The notes under the pieces are model-generated. The model searched no databases and was not told the DNA's origin. It was given only the letters and a program-made list of their open reading frames with translations. A stretch of DNA of 64,000 nt, taken from the human T2T-CHM13v2.0 reference genome, Homo sapiens. Numbering within the stretch: position 1 is the stretch's first letter; every line of letters begins with the position of its first letter. The stretch lies in assembly GCF_009914755.1 (NCBI RefSeq), contig NC_060929.1, one strand, 5' to 3'. Below are positions 12,591-31,651 of the stretch, piece after piece. The position numbers and the translations under genes are program-made.

Positions 12591-13702
12591 GTATATATAT
12601 ATATATATATATGAATATATATTCATATATATGAATATATATGAATATACATATGAATATATATATGAATATACATATATGAATATATATATTATATACG
12701 AATATATATATGAATATATACGAATATATATACGAATATATAAACGAATATATACGAATATATATACACGAATACATATACGAATATATATATACGAATA
12801 CATATACGAATATATATATACGAATACATATACGAATACATATACGAATATATATATACGAATACATATACGAATATATATATGAATATATACGAATATA
12901 TATATGAATATATACGAATATATATATGAATATATACGAATATATACGAATATATACGAATATATGTGAATATATACGAATATATGTGAATATATATGAA
13001 TATATGTGAATATATATGAATATATGTGAATATATGTGAATATATATGAATATATATGAATATATGAATATAAATGAATATATATGAATATATATGAATA
13101 TATATATGAATATATATAAGAATATATATACGAATATATATGAATATATGAATATATATGAATATACATATATGAATATACATATGAATATACATATATA
13201 CGAATATACATATGAATATACATACGAATATACATGAATATACATACGAATATACATGAATATACATACGAATATATATGAATATACATACGAATATATA
13301 TACGAATATACATATACGAATATATATACGAATATATATACGAATATATGTGAATATATATACGAATATATGTGAATATATATACGAATATATATATGAA
13401 TATATGTGTATATATATGTGAATATATATGAGAATATATATGTGAATATATATGTGAATATATATGTGAATCTATATGTGAATCTATATGTGAATATATA
13501 TGTGAATCTATATGTGAATATATATGTGAATCTATATGTGAATATATATATGAATATATATGTGAATATATATGAATATATATGTGAATATATATGAATA
13601 TATATGAATATATGTATATATACGAATATATATGAATATGTATATGAATATATATGAATATGTATATGAATATATATATTGGTATAGATATAGATATATA
13701 TG
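12591..13702. repeat. ~1.1-kb AT-rich compound VNTR, GAA(TA)n units with TACGAA/TGTGAA/TACATA variants
   Basis: Continuous imperfect 6-14-bp units abutting the tail end of a minus-strand Alu. Confidence 0.97.
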
Positions 13703-13704
13703 TT

Positions 13705-13955
13705 AGTTTGAGACAGTCGTTCTGTCACCCAGGCTGGAGTGCAGTAGTATGAGTTCAAGCAATCCTCCCATCTCAGCTTCCCAAGTAGCTGGGACTACAA
13801 GTGCACACAACCAAGCTGGGATGATTTTTGTATTTTTGTAGTGATGGGGATTCACCATGTTGCCCAAACTGTTCTCAAACTCTGGGCTCAAGTGATCAGC
13901 TCACCTCTGTCTCCCAAAGTCCTGGGATTACAGGCATGAGCCACTGTGCCCAGCC
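13705..13955 (-). mobile_element. AluJ-like, internally deleted
   Basis: tttgagacag...cccaggctggagtgcagt...gagccactgtgcccagcc. Confidence 0.9.
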
Positions 13956-16067
13956 TGTTCCCATATATTCTTGGTAAGACTTGCAGTTGTGGTCATCATC
14001 AACAAAGCACAGTAACCACCTCACAGAGAGTCATTTAATGGATGCCAGTTTTCAGAAGCATCCATTGATGCTTAATGTACCACCAGGAGTAATGATATAA
14101 CCAGTATTAAACAAATGGTGTTGGGGAGCTACAGAAACAAGATCCATATTGTCTCAATACAGTTTCCAAAGAAGCATGGCATTGTCAGTAATAATGGCAT
14201 TGCTATGTTTTTCTCACAATGGGAGATATGAAAGTATCACATGTGACAATAAAGAACAAGAGATTGTCCCTGTTCCTCAATAGGGACAGATGGTGTCTGG
14301 ATACTATGAAGAATCTTTATGTGCACTAATTGGACAACAAGCAGTTACCTCTTCTCAACCCATTATTCTAAATCCTCATGAACATGTCACTCACTATACC
14401 TCACACAGGCCCATGAATGTTTAGATATGTTTTTAAATCAAATACCTTTAAAAATATATTTTAAAATCTAATTTTATATATATATATATATATGTAGGTG
14501 CTCCATAAAAATATTTTCCCAGAGCTCTCCACACCCAAGGAGCAGCCCAGTTGGACTCTGAAAACAAGGTCCTGATCTTCCCTTGCCCACTTAAACTTGT
14601 CTCTCCCACAGGATCTTTCATATTTGAAAATGGAAGTTCTACTCTTCTAGTTGCTCAAGCCAAAATCTTGAAGTCATCCTAGACTTTTCTCTTCCTCTTA
14701 TACTCACATTCAATACATCAGCAAAGCCTGTCAGATCTACCTACAAAATGCATCCAAATTTGACTGCGTTCCACTTCCTCCTCCTTATTTCCTAGGGAGT
14801 AATGGACTAAGCTGCCATCATCTCTCACCTAGAATATTTCACAATAAATTTCTCTACAAGTTCCCTTAATTCCTCCCTAGTCTCCCTCAGATCTATTCTC
14901 CATAGAGTGTCCTGAATGATTCTTTTAAGAACTAAGTCATATCATGTCAGTCATCATTTCAAAACTTTGCAGTTGCCTTGTGTCACAGATCTTGAGTCAT
15001 GCACTCAGATGTCCCTTCAAGGAAGGACAGGCTGCCCATCTGTGGGTTATGTGACTGCAGCCCCCAGCTGCCATCCCCTTCAATGTCAAAGCTGCAGACC
15101 CTTTGTTCAAAGTCACATCCTTCCCAGGCCAGCCTGCATCTGATGCCTGAGCAAAGCAAGGGCATAAAACCCTGGCATTCTGGCCTGACTAGCGGCAACT
15201 CTGACAGGAGATATTCTCTCCAGAACTCACCACCAGATTGGCCTAGGCATTTTTTGACCTGCATTGCAGTTCAGCTTCTACTTCTGCCCAGTCCTATCTC
15301 CTCTTCCTCTCTTTTCAAAAGTGTCAGACTGCACTGCAGTCTGAAGGGTGTCTCTGCCTACTCCTGTGCCTTCTACCTTTAATTTTCACTAGTATTTCCA
15401 CTGCCCCTCCAGCAAAATCTTGCACTTCTATGTCCTTCTCAGCATGTGATTCCCAGAGGACAAAAAATGGCTCATTTTCCTTGACTGCCCTATGTGAAAT
15501 AGCAACACACCCCTCTTCTATATCCTCTATCTTCATTGGGGTGCTTATTCTTCTCCATAGTGATTGTTACCACCTGCTGTGCATTTTTGGTCATATTTTA
15601 TTCATTCACTCATTCATTCATTGTTTCCCCACAACATTAGAATATAAGCTCCTCAAAGGCAGGAACTTGACTTTGTTCACTTCCATACCTGAGTGCCTAG
15701 AATAATGCCTTGGGTATAGTAAGAGCTCAGTAAATATTTGATGAATGAAAAAACATGAATGCATATTTGGGAGACCCTTGCTAGAAAGAAGAAAACTTGA
15801 AAATTACAGAAACATTTCATTATTTTTTCTCAGACATCAGACTATTAGGAGCTGAAAATGTTTGTGGTTGGCTTACTTCCAAATTTGAACCTACACTCCC
15901 ATTCTCTTCATTCCTACATGCACATATTTATGCTTCACATATTTGAGCACCTTATATGAGGCCTGACACTGGACTTAAGGGCTGAGAGGTACAAAGATGC
16001 CACTTGTCAGTTCCTGGATCAGTGAGGGAGACAAGCCCTCACTAAAGGACTTAAGTGCTCTAATAGA

Positions 16068-16480
16068 CACTATGATTTGGATGTGGTTTGCTCCCACCAA
16101 AACCCATGTTGAAGTTTAATTGCCAGTGCAGCGGTCGTGGGAGGTAGGGTCTAGTGATGGTATATGGTCATGGAGGCAGATCTGTCATAAATAGATTAAT
16201 GCCTTCTGGTGGGAGTGAGTGAGTTCTCGGTTTCATGGGAATGGATTAGTTCCCAAGAAAGCAAGTTGTTATAAGTGAGCCCAGCTTCTCCTATGTGTCT
16301 CTTTGCACATCCTGCTTCTGCTTTCTGCCAGTAGTTGAAGCAGCAGGAGACTCTCACCAGATGAGCTGCCTGATCTTGGACTTCCCAGCCACCAGAATCA
16401 CGAGCCAAATAAACCTCTTTTATTTATAAATTACCCAGTCTCAGGTATTCCATTATAGCAACCCAAACAGACTAAGACCA
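16068..16480 (+). mobile_element. MST-family (ERVL-MaLR) solo LTR
   Basis: Starts tatgatttggatgtggtttgctccc; ends ataaattacccagtctcaggtattccattatagcaac...gactaagac. Confidence 0.85.
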
Positions 16481-16845
16481 TAAATGCCACAAATGATGCT
16501 GTGAAGGCACAGAGAAAAGCTGCTTACACCAGCATAGTGAGGGCTGCGGTGCCCTGAGGAAGCCCAGAGAAACACTTCCATTCTGCTCACCTCTTTCTGT
16601 TCTTCAGACCCCCTAAGCTCATTCCTACCTCAGAGCCTTGGCACTGGTTGTTCCCTCTGCCTCCTGATCTTCAAGTGGTGGTACCTTCCTGTTATTCATG
16701 TCTCAGATCAAGTGTCACCCTTTCAGGGAGGCCCTCTTGAATACCTAAAGTTCTCCATCCACCCCGATCCCCTCAACCCCTAAACCTTGATTGGTTACTC
16801 TGTCAAGTAGCCTTGCTTTAGTTTTGTTGTTATTGTTGTTGTTCC

Positions 16846-17132
16846 CTTTTTGAGACAGGGTCTCGCTCTGTCACTCAGGCTGGAGTGCAGTGGTACAATC
16901 TTGGCTCACTGCAACCTCTGGCTCCTGAATTCAAGTGATTATCATGCCTCAGCCACCCAAGTGGCTGGAATTACAGGCACGCACCACCATGCTCAGCTAA
17001 AATTTTTTTGTGTTTTTAGTAGAGACAGAGTTTTGCCATGTTAGCCAGGCTGGTTCAAACTCCTGGCCTTATGTGATCTGCCCACCCTGGCCTCCCAAAG
17101 TGACTGGATTACAGGCATGAGCCACCGCACCA
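16846..17132 (-). mobile_element. Alu
   Basis: Reverse-complement dimer. Confidence 0.93.
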
Positions 17133-17386
17133 GGTACTTTTGTTCTTCATAGCACTTCACATGATCTATTTGGTTATTTAATTATTGTATACATTCTATC
17201 TCTTCCTCCCTGTGCTATAAGTCCTAAGAGGACAGGAACCTTGTTTTTCTTACTTATTGTCCCAACTCCAGTGCCTACAAGAGAGGGCTTGACACACACA
17301 AGGGACTTAATAATATTTATTGAATGATTATGTGGAAAAATGAATAAAAAGATAATGCTCCTATAGAGACATAAAGAAAGACTAGT

Positions 17387-18213
<827 letters not shown>

Positions 18214-18579
18214 TGATTCATTATACCATTCTCTCAACTTTTGTATCTTGAAATTTTTCATAATAAAATATTAAGGAAACAAAAGTCTTGGAGGCAAGTA
18301 AGTAATATAGATGTATGAAACAGCTCAGTTTTCAACCCAAAGGTGGAGCTGCATAAACCGGAAACAGCAGGCTCTGCATAAAAAATACTCAAATTTATTT
18401 TTTCCCCAAACTCTGGTGTGAGCTAAACACACCAGAGCCTGAATTCAGCCAGTTTGTGACCCCTGAACACCATAGGCTAAGACATGGATCCCAAATAATC
18501 TATTCACTCTATTCTGAAAAATGTTTACACAGAAATCCTCAACCATCTGGAGACCAAACCTCAGTAATATTGAAGAAAC

Positions 18580-18765
18580 AATTTATTACATATTTTCACA
18601 TAGCTAAAAGGGCAGATTTTGAATATTCCCAACACAAAGAAATAATAAATGTTTGAGGTGATGGGTATATTAATTACCTGATTTGATCATTATGCATTGC
18701 ATATATGTATCAAAATATCACACTGTACACCATAAATATGTACAATTATGACTCAATTTAAAATA
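18580..18765 (+). mobile_element. L1M(A) 3'-end fragment
   Basis: caacacaaagaaataataaatgtttgaggtgatgggtatattaattacctgatttgatcatt...tatgtacaattat. Confidence 0.8.
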
Positions 18766-18768
18766 ATA

Positions 18769-19075
18769 GCCAGGCACAGCAGCTCATGCCTGTAATCCCA
18801 GCATTCTGGGAGGCCAAGATGGGTGGATCACTTGAGTCCAGCAGTTCAAGACCAGCCTGGGAAACATGGTGAAACACTGTCTTTACCAAAAAAAAATTTA
18901 AAAATTTGAAATTGTTGGGTGTGGTGGTATGTGCCTGTAGTCCCGGCTACTCAGGAGGCTGAGGTGGGAGGACTGCTTAAGCCTGGGAGGCAGAAGTCAC
19001 AGTGAGCCAAGATTGAGCCACTGTACTCCAGCTTGGGTGACTGAGCAAGACCTTGTCTCAAAATAATAATAAAAG
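18769..19075 (+). mobile_element. AluJ
   Basis: Diverged dimer. Confidence 0.9.
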
Positions 19076-19699
19076 AAAATAATAATATTAAAGAGTACCT
19101 CTATTTTCCAGAACCTCACTTCTGTTATGGCTCTGTTTTATGGCAGACTGCTCATTTTCTTACCTTCTCCAAAACTCCCCACAGGCAAAGGAGTTGGCTG
19201 CAGCTCTTCCATGCTCCCACTGCAACTTCCAACCATTCCTCTTCCACCCCCTGCACCACCCCATCAAAAGCCTCTTCTCTGAGGATCATCTCTTAACAAT
19301 AGCCCACCTTCTTCCTGTCCTTGTTCTTTCAACCTTCTGCCTCCATGTCTCTCCACCACAGTCAGCAAAAGCTTGAACACCTCCTTACGAATTCTATCAA
19401 CCCCAGCCATCAATCCCAGAGAACTCCAAACACCCACGAAGGTGACCCAGTCTGAAGCTGTCTTAGCAGCCACTTTGTCTCCCTCCCAGCTCACCTCAAC
19501 TGCCCCCACTCCCTGCTAAGCCACACCTGAAATTCATAATGACCTTCCACCCTGAAATCCCACTCTCAGAGGCAGCCTCCCTCCTGAATCCAGGCCTCAA
19601 TGAGTCCTACTACATCCGGGATCCCCAATCCCTTCGCCTTTCATTCTTTTTTCAATCTATCAGCCCCAATCTAACTTCACTTCTTTTCCTGATGTACTG

Positions 19700-19875
19700 C
19701 TTTGGTTTGCAACCTTAGCTAAATATTAGAATCACCTGGGGAGCTTTCATGACTCAGGATGACTAAGCTGGCTTAATCAATTACGTCAGATGCTCTGGGG
19801 GAAGGGCTCAATCAGCAGGGCTTTTAAGGCTCCCCCCAGTTGATTCCAACATGCAGTCACGGTGGAGAACCACTC
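19700..19875. mobile_element. MER5A-like hAT MITE
   Basis: attagaatcacctggggagcttt...tgattccaacatgcagtcacggtggagaaccact. Confidence 0.65.
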
Positions 19876-20809
19876 AGTGCCCTGCAACCTAGATTCCATG
19901 GTTCATCACTTTAACCAATTTCCAGTGCACCTTCACTTCCTCATTCTTTTCTTCTCTGCCACATACTCCCCAAAAGCCCCTCAGCCTTGGAGCAATCCTG
20001 CTGCATACTTTCTCTATTCCTATAAGGAAGCTGCTGAATTCTGATGGAGGAAAATCACCAAACCATTAGCTTTCTCATGAGAATGAGTCTTACATAAGGC
20101 ACTAACATAGTGGGATTTGAAGAATACCACCAATTCAAGATCATTCCTTTGCAACACACATTGACATCTAGCTCCTTATTGAGAGCTAGTCCTACCCCTA
20201 TTGTTACCAGAATAGTGCAGTTAGTTCTGCATTGAGAAAAAATTATGAAATTCTCAGAGCTAAAATAAAGAGGGCCCAGTTGCTAACTAGAGACTCCTGT
20301 ACTTCCAGGAGAGACTAGACTGGTTTGCCAGGTAATATTATGAAAATGTCTAAAGGAGAACTTTCCCCTTTGGGGGCAAAGATAAGGTTTGATAAGAGAC
20401 CCCAGTCCCTGGATTGGGCCTCTTCTTCAAAACTAAGGGAGAGGAACTCAACGGAACCAAACCAAGGTTACAGGTTTCAGGGAAGAGGGAAGCCTTTCCC
20501 CTGGTCCCTGCTTGCATGACCTGTGAACACTGTTCTTGCCTATCTACCTCGAGCTACCAGCAGGAGAAGGAACATTGAGGCCAAAAGTGGAATGGTATGA
20601 TCAGAAAAAGAGGGGCCAGATAACACCCCCTCAAATTCCCAGTTTCTTGAAAGTAGAGAACACGAGGCTGCTTCCTCCCCAGAAGCCCCATAGTTGGAAT
20701 CCTGGAAAGTATGTGAGATTGGAGGCCATGGCCTTGTCAAAGCCATCACGGCATGAGGCAAAGAGGCTCTGGCCTTAGAAGAAGGTGGTTCCACCAGCTG
20801 GAAGCCCTA

Positions 20810-20981
20810 AAGCCCTAAAGGGAATCAAACCCAAAGAGTACCAGAGGTAGTCTCTCAAAGGTCTACCTCTGGTTTGCAACCTATCTAAGTCTCTCAAAGG
20901 TCTACCTCTGGTTTGCAACCTATCTAAGTCTCTCAAAGGTCTACCTCTGGTACTCTTTGGGTTTGATTCCCTTTAGGGCTT
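20810..20981. repeat. 41-bp perfect inverted repeat enclosing a 39-bp tandem repeat (~2.6 copies)
   Basis: Arm 20810-20850 AAGCCCTAAAGGGAATCAAACCCAAAGAGTACCAGAGGTAG is the exact reverse complement of 20941-20981. Unit TCTCTCAAAGGTCTACCTCTGGTTTGCAACCTATCTAAG starts at 20851, 20890 and (partial) 20929. Confidence 0.95.
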
Positions 20982-22310
20982 CCATCCTTGTCTCTCAGAG
21001 ACAATGAGCCCCACAGCAATGCTGACTGCAATTCCACCTCAGGAGGTATCTTTTCCTTTTCCCTCCTCCCTCTCCCCATGCTAGAAGGGTACACGATGGA
21101 AAAGGGTGGGCTCTTGTGAGAGAACAGCACACACCCTACCCCTCTCTCACTCACACATACAAACACAAAATCACACACAGTCACCGAGGCTACAAACCTG
21201 GTATGTACTGAAGGAAAAGGGAGAACTTTAAATCAAACATGAACTTGAAGTTTAAAATGGAATCAGGATTTGTGGAGAAAGAATCTGATTGTCACTTTGG
21301 GTCAGATGTTCACTCCTAGTACAATCCACCATGGCCAGGGCTGGGTTATCTAGTGTCAAAATGGCTACCCGGTAGCCACCCCATGAAGGAGGGAGTCAGG
21401 CTTAAAAGACAGGCAGAGAGATGGTAAGTATGGCAGCCACCTCAGAGGTGGTTTTCCAGGAGTTTCTTTTCTTCCTGATCAGAAATTGGGACAAATTGGG
21501 AATGCTGAGCTTCTGAGAAGCTAAGTAATGCTGCAGGTAGAAAGGAATAAAGAAGCAAGACAAAGAAAGGGAAGCTGAAAGATACCCTTCACTTATGTAA
21601 ATTTAGCCAGCCCAAGCTTATTCCTTTTTGGTTAACAGATTTCCTCCTGTAACTTCCACATTTTTATCTGCAGGTTTCTCCATTTATTATATACTTTATA
21701 TGGCCCCACAGAAATCATCTTTGACTAATATATTACTAGAGCGACATATGACTATATTACAAGCTAAAAGAAAAAAACAACACAGGGTCAATAAACTATC
21801 TGGAGGAACATTGCAAAGCTTGGAAAAACTAAAAATGATTGCCAAGACACACATAAGAAGAAACAGGGAAAAAAAGCACAAATATCTTAAGGGTATAGGA
21901 CAAGAATTGGGAATTCTGTCACATCTATGCCTGGAAAATAAGGGTGGTACACAGCACAACATGAAACTTGTATGATTACAGAAAACCGTCTCCAGGTGAC
22001 TGCCCAGAGGTATTCACCTGTCGGAAACATATGACTGTCAAGATGAATCAGAGCTGTGTAAATTAACCAGTGGGTACAGTGTAGGCAGAAATATGTTTTA
22101 GAGAGAAAGGCTGTAGCCTTGGATTTGTGGGCAGGAGTAGGCATGCAGAGAATGAAAAACAGAACTAGGAAAGAGAACAAAACAAATTCCTAATTCTTTT
22201 CTTCAACTGCTTGTGCAATTCAGTAGCTGGGCTTAAGTTTCCAAACAGGATAAGAGATGGAAAGTAATGACATCACCTAAAGTATTAACATAACCTAAAG
22301 AATGGCTTAA

Positions 22311-22660
<350 letters not shown>

Positions 22661-23648
22661 TAATGACATTTATTTTGAGCAAAATTTTAAACTGTTTCCT
22701 TAAGCACACTCAGGACTGGATCCATAAAACCAGGTAGAGTGATTAACAAGCCTGCTCTCCAGTTCCTCAGCTTTATTTATGTTTCCAAATTGTAATAACC
22801 CTACTTAATGATTAAGAGCAAAAAATAGGATCCAAGTCAGTGTAAAGTGCATATTAAAATATTTTTCTTGCTAGATCATTATGTTTCTAGGAAACTTTTG
22901 GATTTCCTGGAACTATTTTGTATAATTTTTTAAAAATCTACAATAAATCTTACATGACAGATTCTGCTAATGAAAGAGATGGGAAAATGTTTGAATACAC
23001 AGAAAGCTTTCTGGAAGTAAGACCTATGACTCCATTGAATAGTAAAAGGAAGGAAGAAATATTTTTAAAGATATTTAGCATTAGAGTGGCCTAAATGTTG
23101 TAAATAAACCCGTACTTTTGAGAATAACCTGTTTTGGCAAAAACGTAATTTCTTTTTTCCTTTTTTTTTTTTTAGACAAGATATTGCTGAGATGTTGCCC
23201 AGATTGGTCTCAAGCTCCCAAGTTCAAGCAATCCTCTGAATCCTCTGGCCTCAGCCTTCCAAGTAACTGAGATTACAGGCATGTGTCATGGTGCCCAATT
23301 TATCAATGCGATGTGTCTACAAGTGGAGTGGCACATTCAAATATTTGTTGCTGTTGTCATTTGTCCATTCATTTGTTGACTCAGTAGCATTAACTGAGTG
23401 TCTATTCCAATGTGCAGACACTATGCCAGGTGCTCGGGTGGAAGGAGGAATAAAAATAATGGTCATAATAACTACCATTTCCTGAGTGCTTATTACATGA
23501 CTATCTCCTCAAACCTCACAACAAGAGAATGGCTACGTATTATTATTTACATTTTCCAGAAGAGGAAACTGAGACTTGCCTGAACCCACCTAAACCAGAA
23601 GGATAGAGCAAGAGTGAAGCCAGAGGTGGGCCCAGCATCTGCTGCTCC

Positions 23649-23939
<291 letters not shown>

Positions 23940-25444
23940 TCTGCTGCTCTTAATCACTATATGCACACCTTCCTGCAAGAAGCTAATTAGTGTAGAATTT
24001 ATTTCAAAATCTCTAGGAGCCAATATATTCTTGGCACATAGCAGATTCAATAAATATTTGCTAAATGAATGGAAACTGAGTTGCCAAATTTGTATTTTAA
24101 TTTTGGCTTGTGTAAAACAATGTGTTACCTACTTGCTCTGGTGGATGTGATTGTAAATAATTACAATCTTGCCAATTGCTTGCAAATATTGTGTTGGTCA
24201 CATGTAAAAGTCTTGCTACAGAAGCCAGGCCTGAAGCACCTGATTAAATAGGTCTGAATAGTATGTTGCAGAATTTAGAAGTGGGTGTATTATGATTCCA
24301 GAGCTTAGCACTCCTCTCCCTCAGCAGATTATTCATATTTTAGTTTGGTTGAAGTTACTGGAGCTATACAAGCTGATTGAAATTAAGCATTTCATTTATT
24401 TATATATTTTAAAGAAAAACACTAATTTCTATCAGAGTGAAGGGCTAGGAAAGGTTTGTGACCTAGGGACGCTTACGTCCCTTTCCAGGTCTGCGATGGG
24501 CTAGTGGTGCGTGCCCCTCTACACCTGATTCTGAAATAGGTTCGGAATGAACAGCCTTCCAGCTGCCTGTGTGACTCTAAGACTCTCCTCTGGGGTACAC
24601 AGACAGAGGTTATTGAAAGGGAATCTATTTCCATTTGGAAGGACTGTTTCCTACGATTAATCTGCCTGAAAACACACCTATGGTCCAGGTGTTGTGTGGG
24701 TTTTCTCACCCACCTTTTCTTTAAGGACCACTTCCCACCATTTAAAAAATAAAAACAAAACAAAACAAAAAACACCTTCCACTCACCCCAAATCTTTCTA
24801 TGGCACCTCAATGTAAAACCTGGGATTGCCTTGAGAGGTAAAAACCCTGAGGTAACACACACGGGCAGAATCCTAAATACTGGTGCTGAGAAAGTGAATG
24901 ACTTTAACGATTGATTAAATCTTCTTTTTTCTAGATGTGGTCTCGTTCTGTTGCAGTGGCACAATCATAGCTCACTATAACCTCGAACTCTTAGGCTCAA
25001 GCAATCCTCTCACCCAGCCTCCCTAGTTGCTAGGACTACAGGTATGTACAACCATGCCATGCTAATTTTTAAATTTTCTTTGTAGAGACAGGGTCTCACT
25101 AGGTTGCCCAGACTGGTTAAATAATCTTTTTGCAAGTCAGGTTTTTCCCAGTTATTTGCTCTCAATATAATTGAAGCAGGACATGTTAGCTGATGGAGCA
25201 TTAGTTATAATTCTTGGTGATATATCATTGAATTATTTCTGATGTAAACTTTGGCATGAGTTCAGAGAATTGAGCAATGTTATGATAACAAAATACTCCT
25301 TTCCCGTCTGCTTATTTTTGTGAACAAGGTTTCTCAGAACTTACATCTATAATAAGCAAGCACAGAATCAATGCTAAACCGTTTCATTCTAACAACAAAT
25401 AATATTCAAACATGGATACATAAGTTAATTGAAAAAATAGTTCC

Positions 25445-27270
<1,826 letters not shown>

Positions 27271-28017
27271 AATTCTGTCTTTGCAAATATTTAAACTTAT
27301 GACTTTAAAAAAATGAATAACTTGAAAATATGTGAGGGTGTCAATTGTTTTGTTTTAAAATTATGTGGAGGACTAAGGGAGCAAAAACATTTAAAAGTTG
27401 CTGTTATCAAAGATCTGAGGTTCATACAAACCTTAAAGAATCTGTGGCTTTACTATTTCAAACTTCTAGTCAAAGAAATGAACACATTGCGAGACCAGAT
27501 AAAACCTACCATTTCAGAAAATTATCCCATTAGTCCAATTAATGCTCATAGCACTTTATATGCAATCAAGTTTAATTAAAATGGCACTTAGAAAAAATCA
27601 ATATTCATAAATTTCAAGAACAAATTCTAGAGTTTGACATTAAATCCCTCTAAAATTCATTCACTCACTCACTCAACAAATTATTGAGCCCCTCTCCTAG
27701 GCAGAGCACAGTGGGAGGCCCCAGGAATGCAGCTTGAACCACAGAGACCAGGGCCCTACTCCTTGCCAGCAGTTCGGGGAAGGCAGTCTGTAAACAGGCG
27801 AGCACATCACTAAAATAAAGTCAGAATGTGTTAAGTGCAGAGGAAAATGAAAACCAGGCAGAGTGCTAACAAGTAATTGTGGAGTGGAGACAGAGACGGA
27901 CCTCCTGTGAAGCTAATGAAGCTGCAGTTTCACAGCTCTTTATCTGCACAGGCCCCTTCTGCGGCCCCGGGAGGGACATTTGCACCCCAGGATGAAGGCA
28001 CATGTGTACATGCCTCC

Positions 28018-28155
28018 ACACATACCCCATGCACACACACACACACACCGAATCACACACCACATATACCACACACACACCACACAGACACACCCACCAT
28101 ACAGACACACCTACACACACTACACACCACACCACACAACCAAAGCCAACACACT
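28018..28155. repeat. Degenerate CA-rich simple repeat
   Basis: cacacacacc/cacacagaca units. Confidence 0.85.
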
Positions 28156-28311
28156 TGAAACACTCTAAAGTCTTACAACTCATATATGAAAAAAGCATAA
28201 TAGATTTCTCAGATTTTTACAACAATCCTAAAAATTTACATGACATTACCAACAATGAGTAATGAAACCAAAGAAACTTTTCTAAACTATCAATCACAAA
28301 AACACTTTTTA

Positions 28312-30118
<1,807 letters not shown>

Positions 30119-30859
30119 AACAATGTAATTTTCAAGTAAATCTGAGAATACTAATCCACAAACTAATTACTAATGAAGAACAACACACACAGAGCTATCT
30201 CTTTACAATGGGCTTTAAGGTCTTGGTAGTTATTTCCTTCCCTCCCTTCTCCCTTACCAGCTAGATATCTTCCCTACTTCCTTCCTCCCACCATCATTCT
30301 TTCCACCCTTCCTTTCTTCTCTTCCTCTCTCCCTCCCACAATGTTTATTGAGTGCCTGCTTTGTGCTAGGTACAGGTACACAGGCAACCAAGACAGATAT
30401 CAGCTTGCAGCCTAGCAAGGGAAACAGACATCAAGCAAATAATTTATTGACTGCAACAGTGGTGTCTGCTACTGGAAAAGGAGTTTGGGATGCCATAGGA
30501 GCATCTATCAGGGAACTAGCCTACTCCGGGCAATTAGGAAAAGTCACTTTGAGGAAGTGTCCTCAAAGTTGCTGTCTCAAGGACCACTAATTCCAGGTAG
30601 AGGAACAGCATCTGCAAAGGCCATGAGATGGGAAAAGAATGGCCTTTGAGAAACTAAAGAAGATTAAGCCAAAAGAGAGAGGGACTAAAGATGAGGCAGG
30701 AGAGGTAGGCAAGGATTCTGTCACAAAGCACCTTGCAGGCCATAAGGATTTTGGACTTCATCCTAAGAGCAGTGGGAAAATGGTAAATAGTTAAACAAGT
30801 GGGTCAAATAGGACTTTTTGTTTTGTGAGTGACCAAAACCATAGCTCCCTGTCACCTAT

Positions 30860-31430
30860 CTGCCTAGTTGCAGAGGCAGCCAATATCACTAGGGTTTTAT
30901 AAATCTATTCAGAGATGCTGTGTATACACATGCAAGTATGTTATCTTTTCATCTTGTAATAATACATGGCAGCATATTGTATACACTATCTTGAATCTTG
31001 TTTTTTTAACTTAATGTATTCTAGCAATCATCCCACGTCTGTGCATACGGATCTGCCTCGTTCTTCTTCCTCTGGACTAGATTGTCTATTGTATGGAAAT
31101 ACTATTATGTATTTAACTAGTATTTAATAGACTTTAGGTCATTTCCAGGCTTTTGCTACCACAAAAAATACCACAGTGAATGTTCTTACACATATCATTG
31201 ACACATGTGGGAGAATATCTATCAAATTACTGGAAAAGGGATTGCTAGGTCAAATGGTATGGAAACTTGATAGATATTGTGAAAATGCCCTCCCTAGAAG
31301 TGGTATTAATTTACATAACCACCAGCAAGGATGCGACAGATAAAAAAATTGGTATCTCAGTAGAGTTTTAATTTGCACTTCTTTTAGTAAAAGTGATCCT
31401 GAGCAGATTTGATCTGATTAAGAGCTAGTG
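30860..31430 (-). mobile_element. Old L1M(E) fragment
   Basis: tttccaggcttttgctaccacaaa...gggattgctaggtcaaatggta...ttaatttgcacttcttt is a typical antisense L1M 3' region. Confidence 0.65.
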
Positions 31431-31651
31431 CTTCTTAGGAATTAAAAATAATTAGGCTGAAAGCAAAGCAACAGCTGGGAGCTGAAAATGACATTTCATT
31501 CGTTCAACAAATTTTGATAAACAACTCTGCACTAGGCACTGTCACAGGCACTGACGAATCCAGACAGGTAAGACCCAGAGGAGCTCACGTCTAATGCGAG
31601 AGATGGAGGTACAATTAAATGAAATATGCTATTTTTAAAAAACAAGAAGAT

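Noticed and set aside
12496-13758. 420-aa Tyr/Ile-rich ORF and overlapping ORFs
   Set aside because: These are translations of the AT-rich VNTR; low-complexity artefacts.
24473-24964. 163-aa minus-strand ORF
   Set aside because: It starts in an Alu fragment, crosses a simple repeat, and shows no recognisable domain or splice context.
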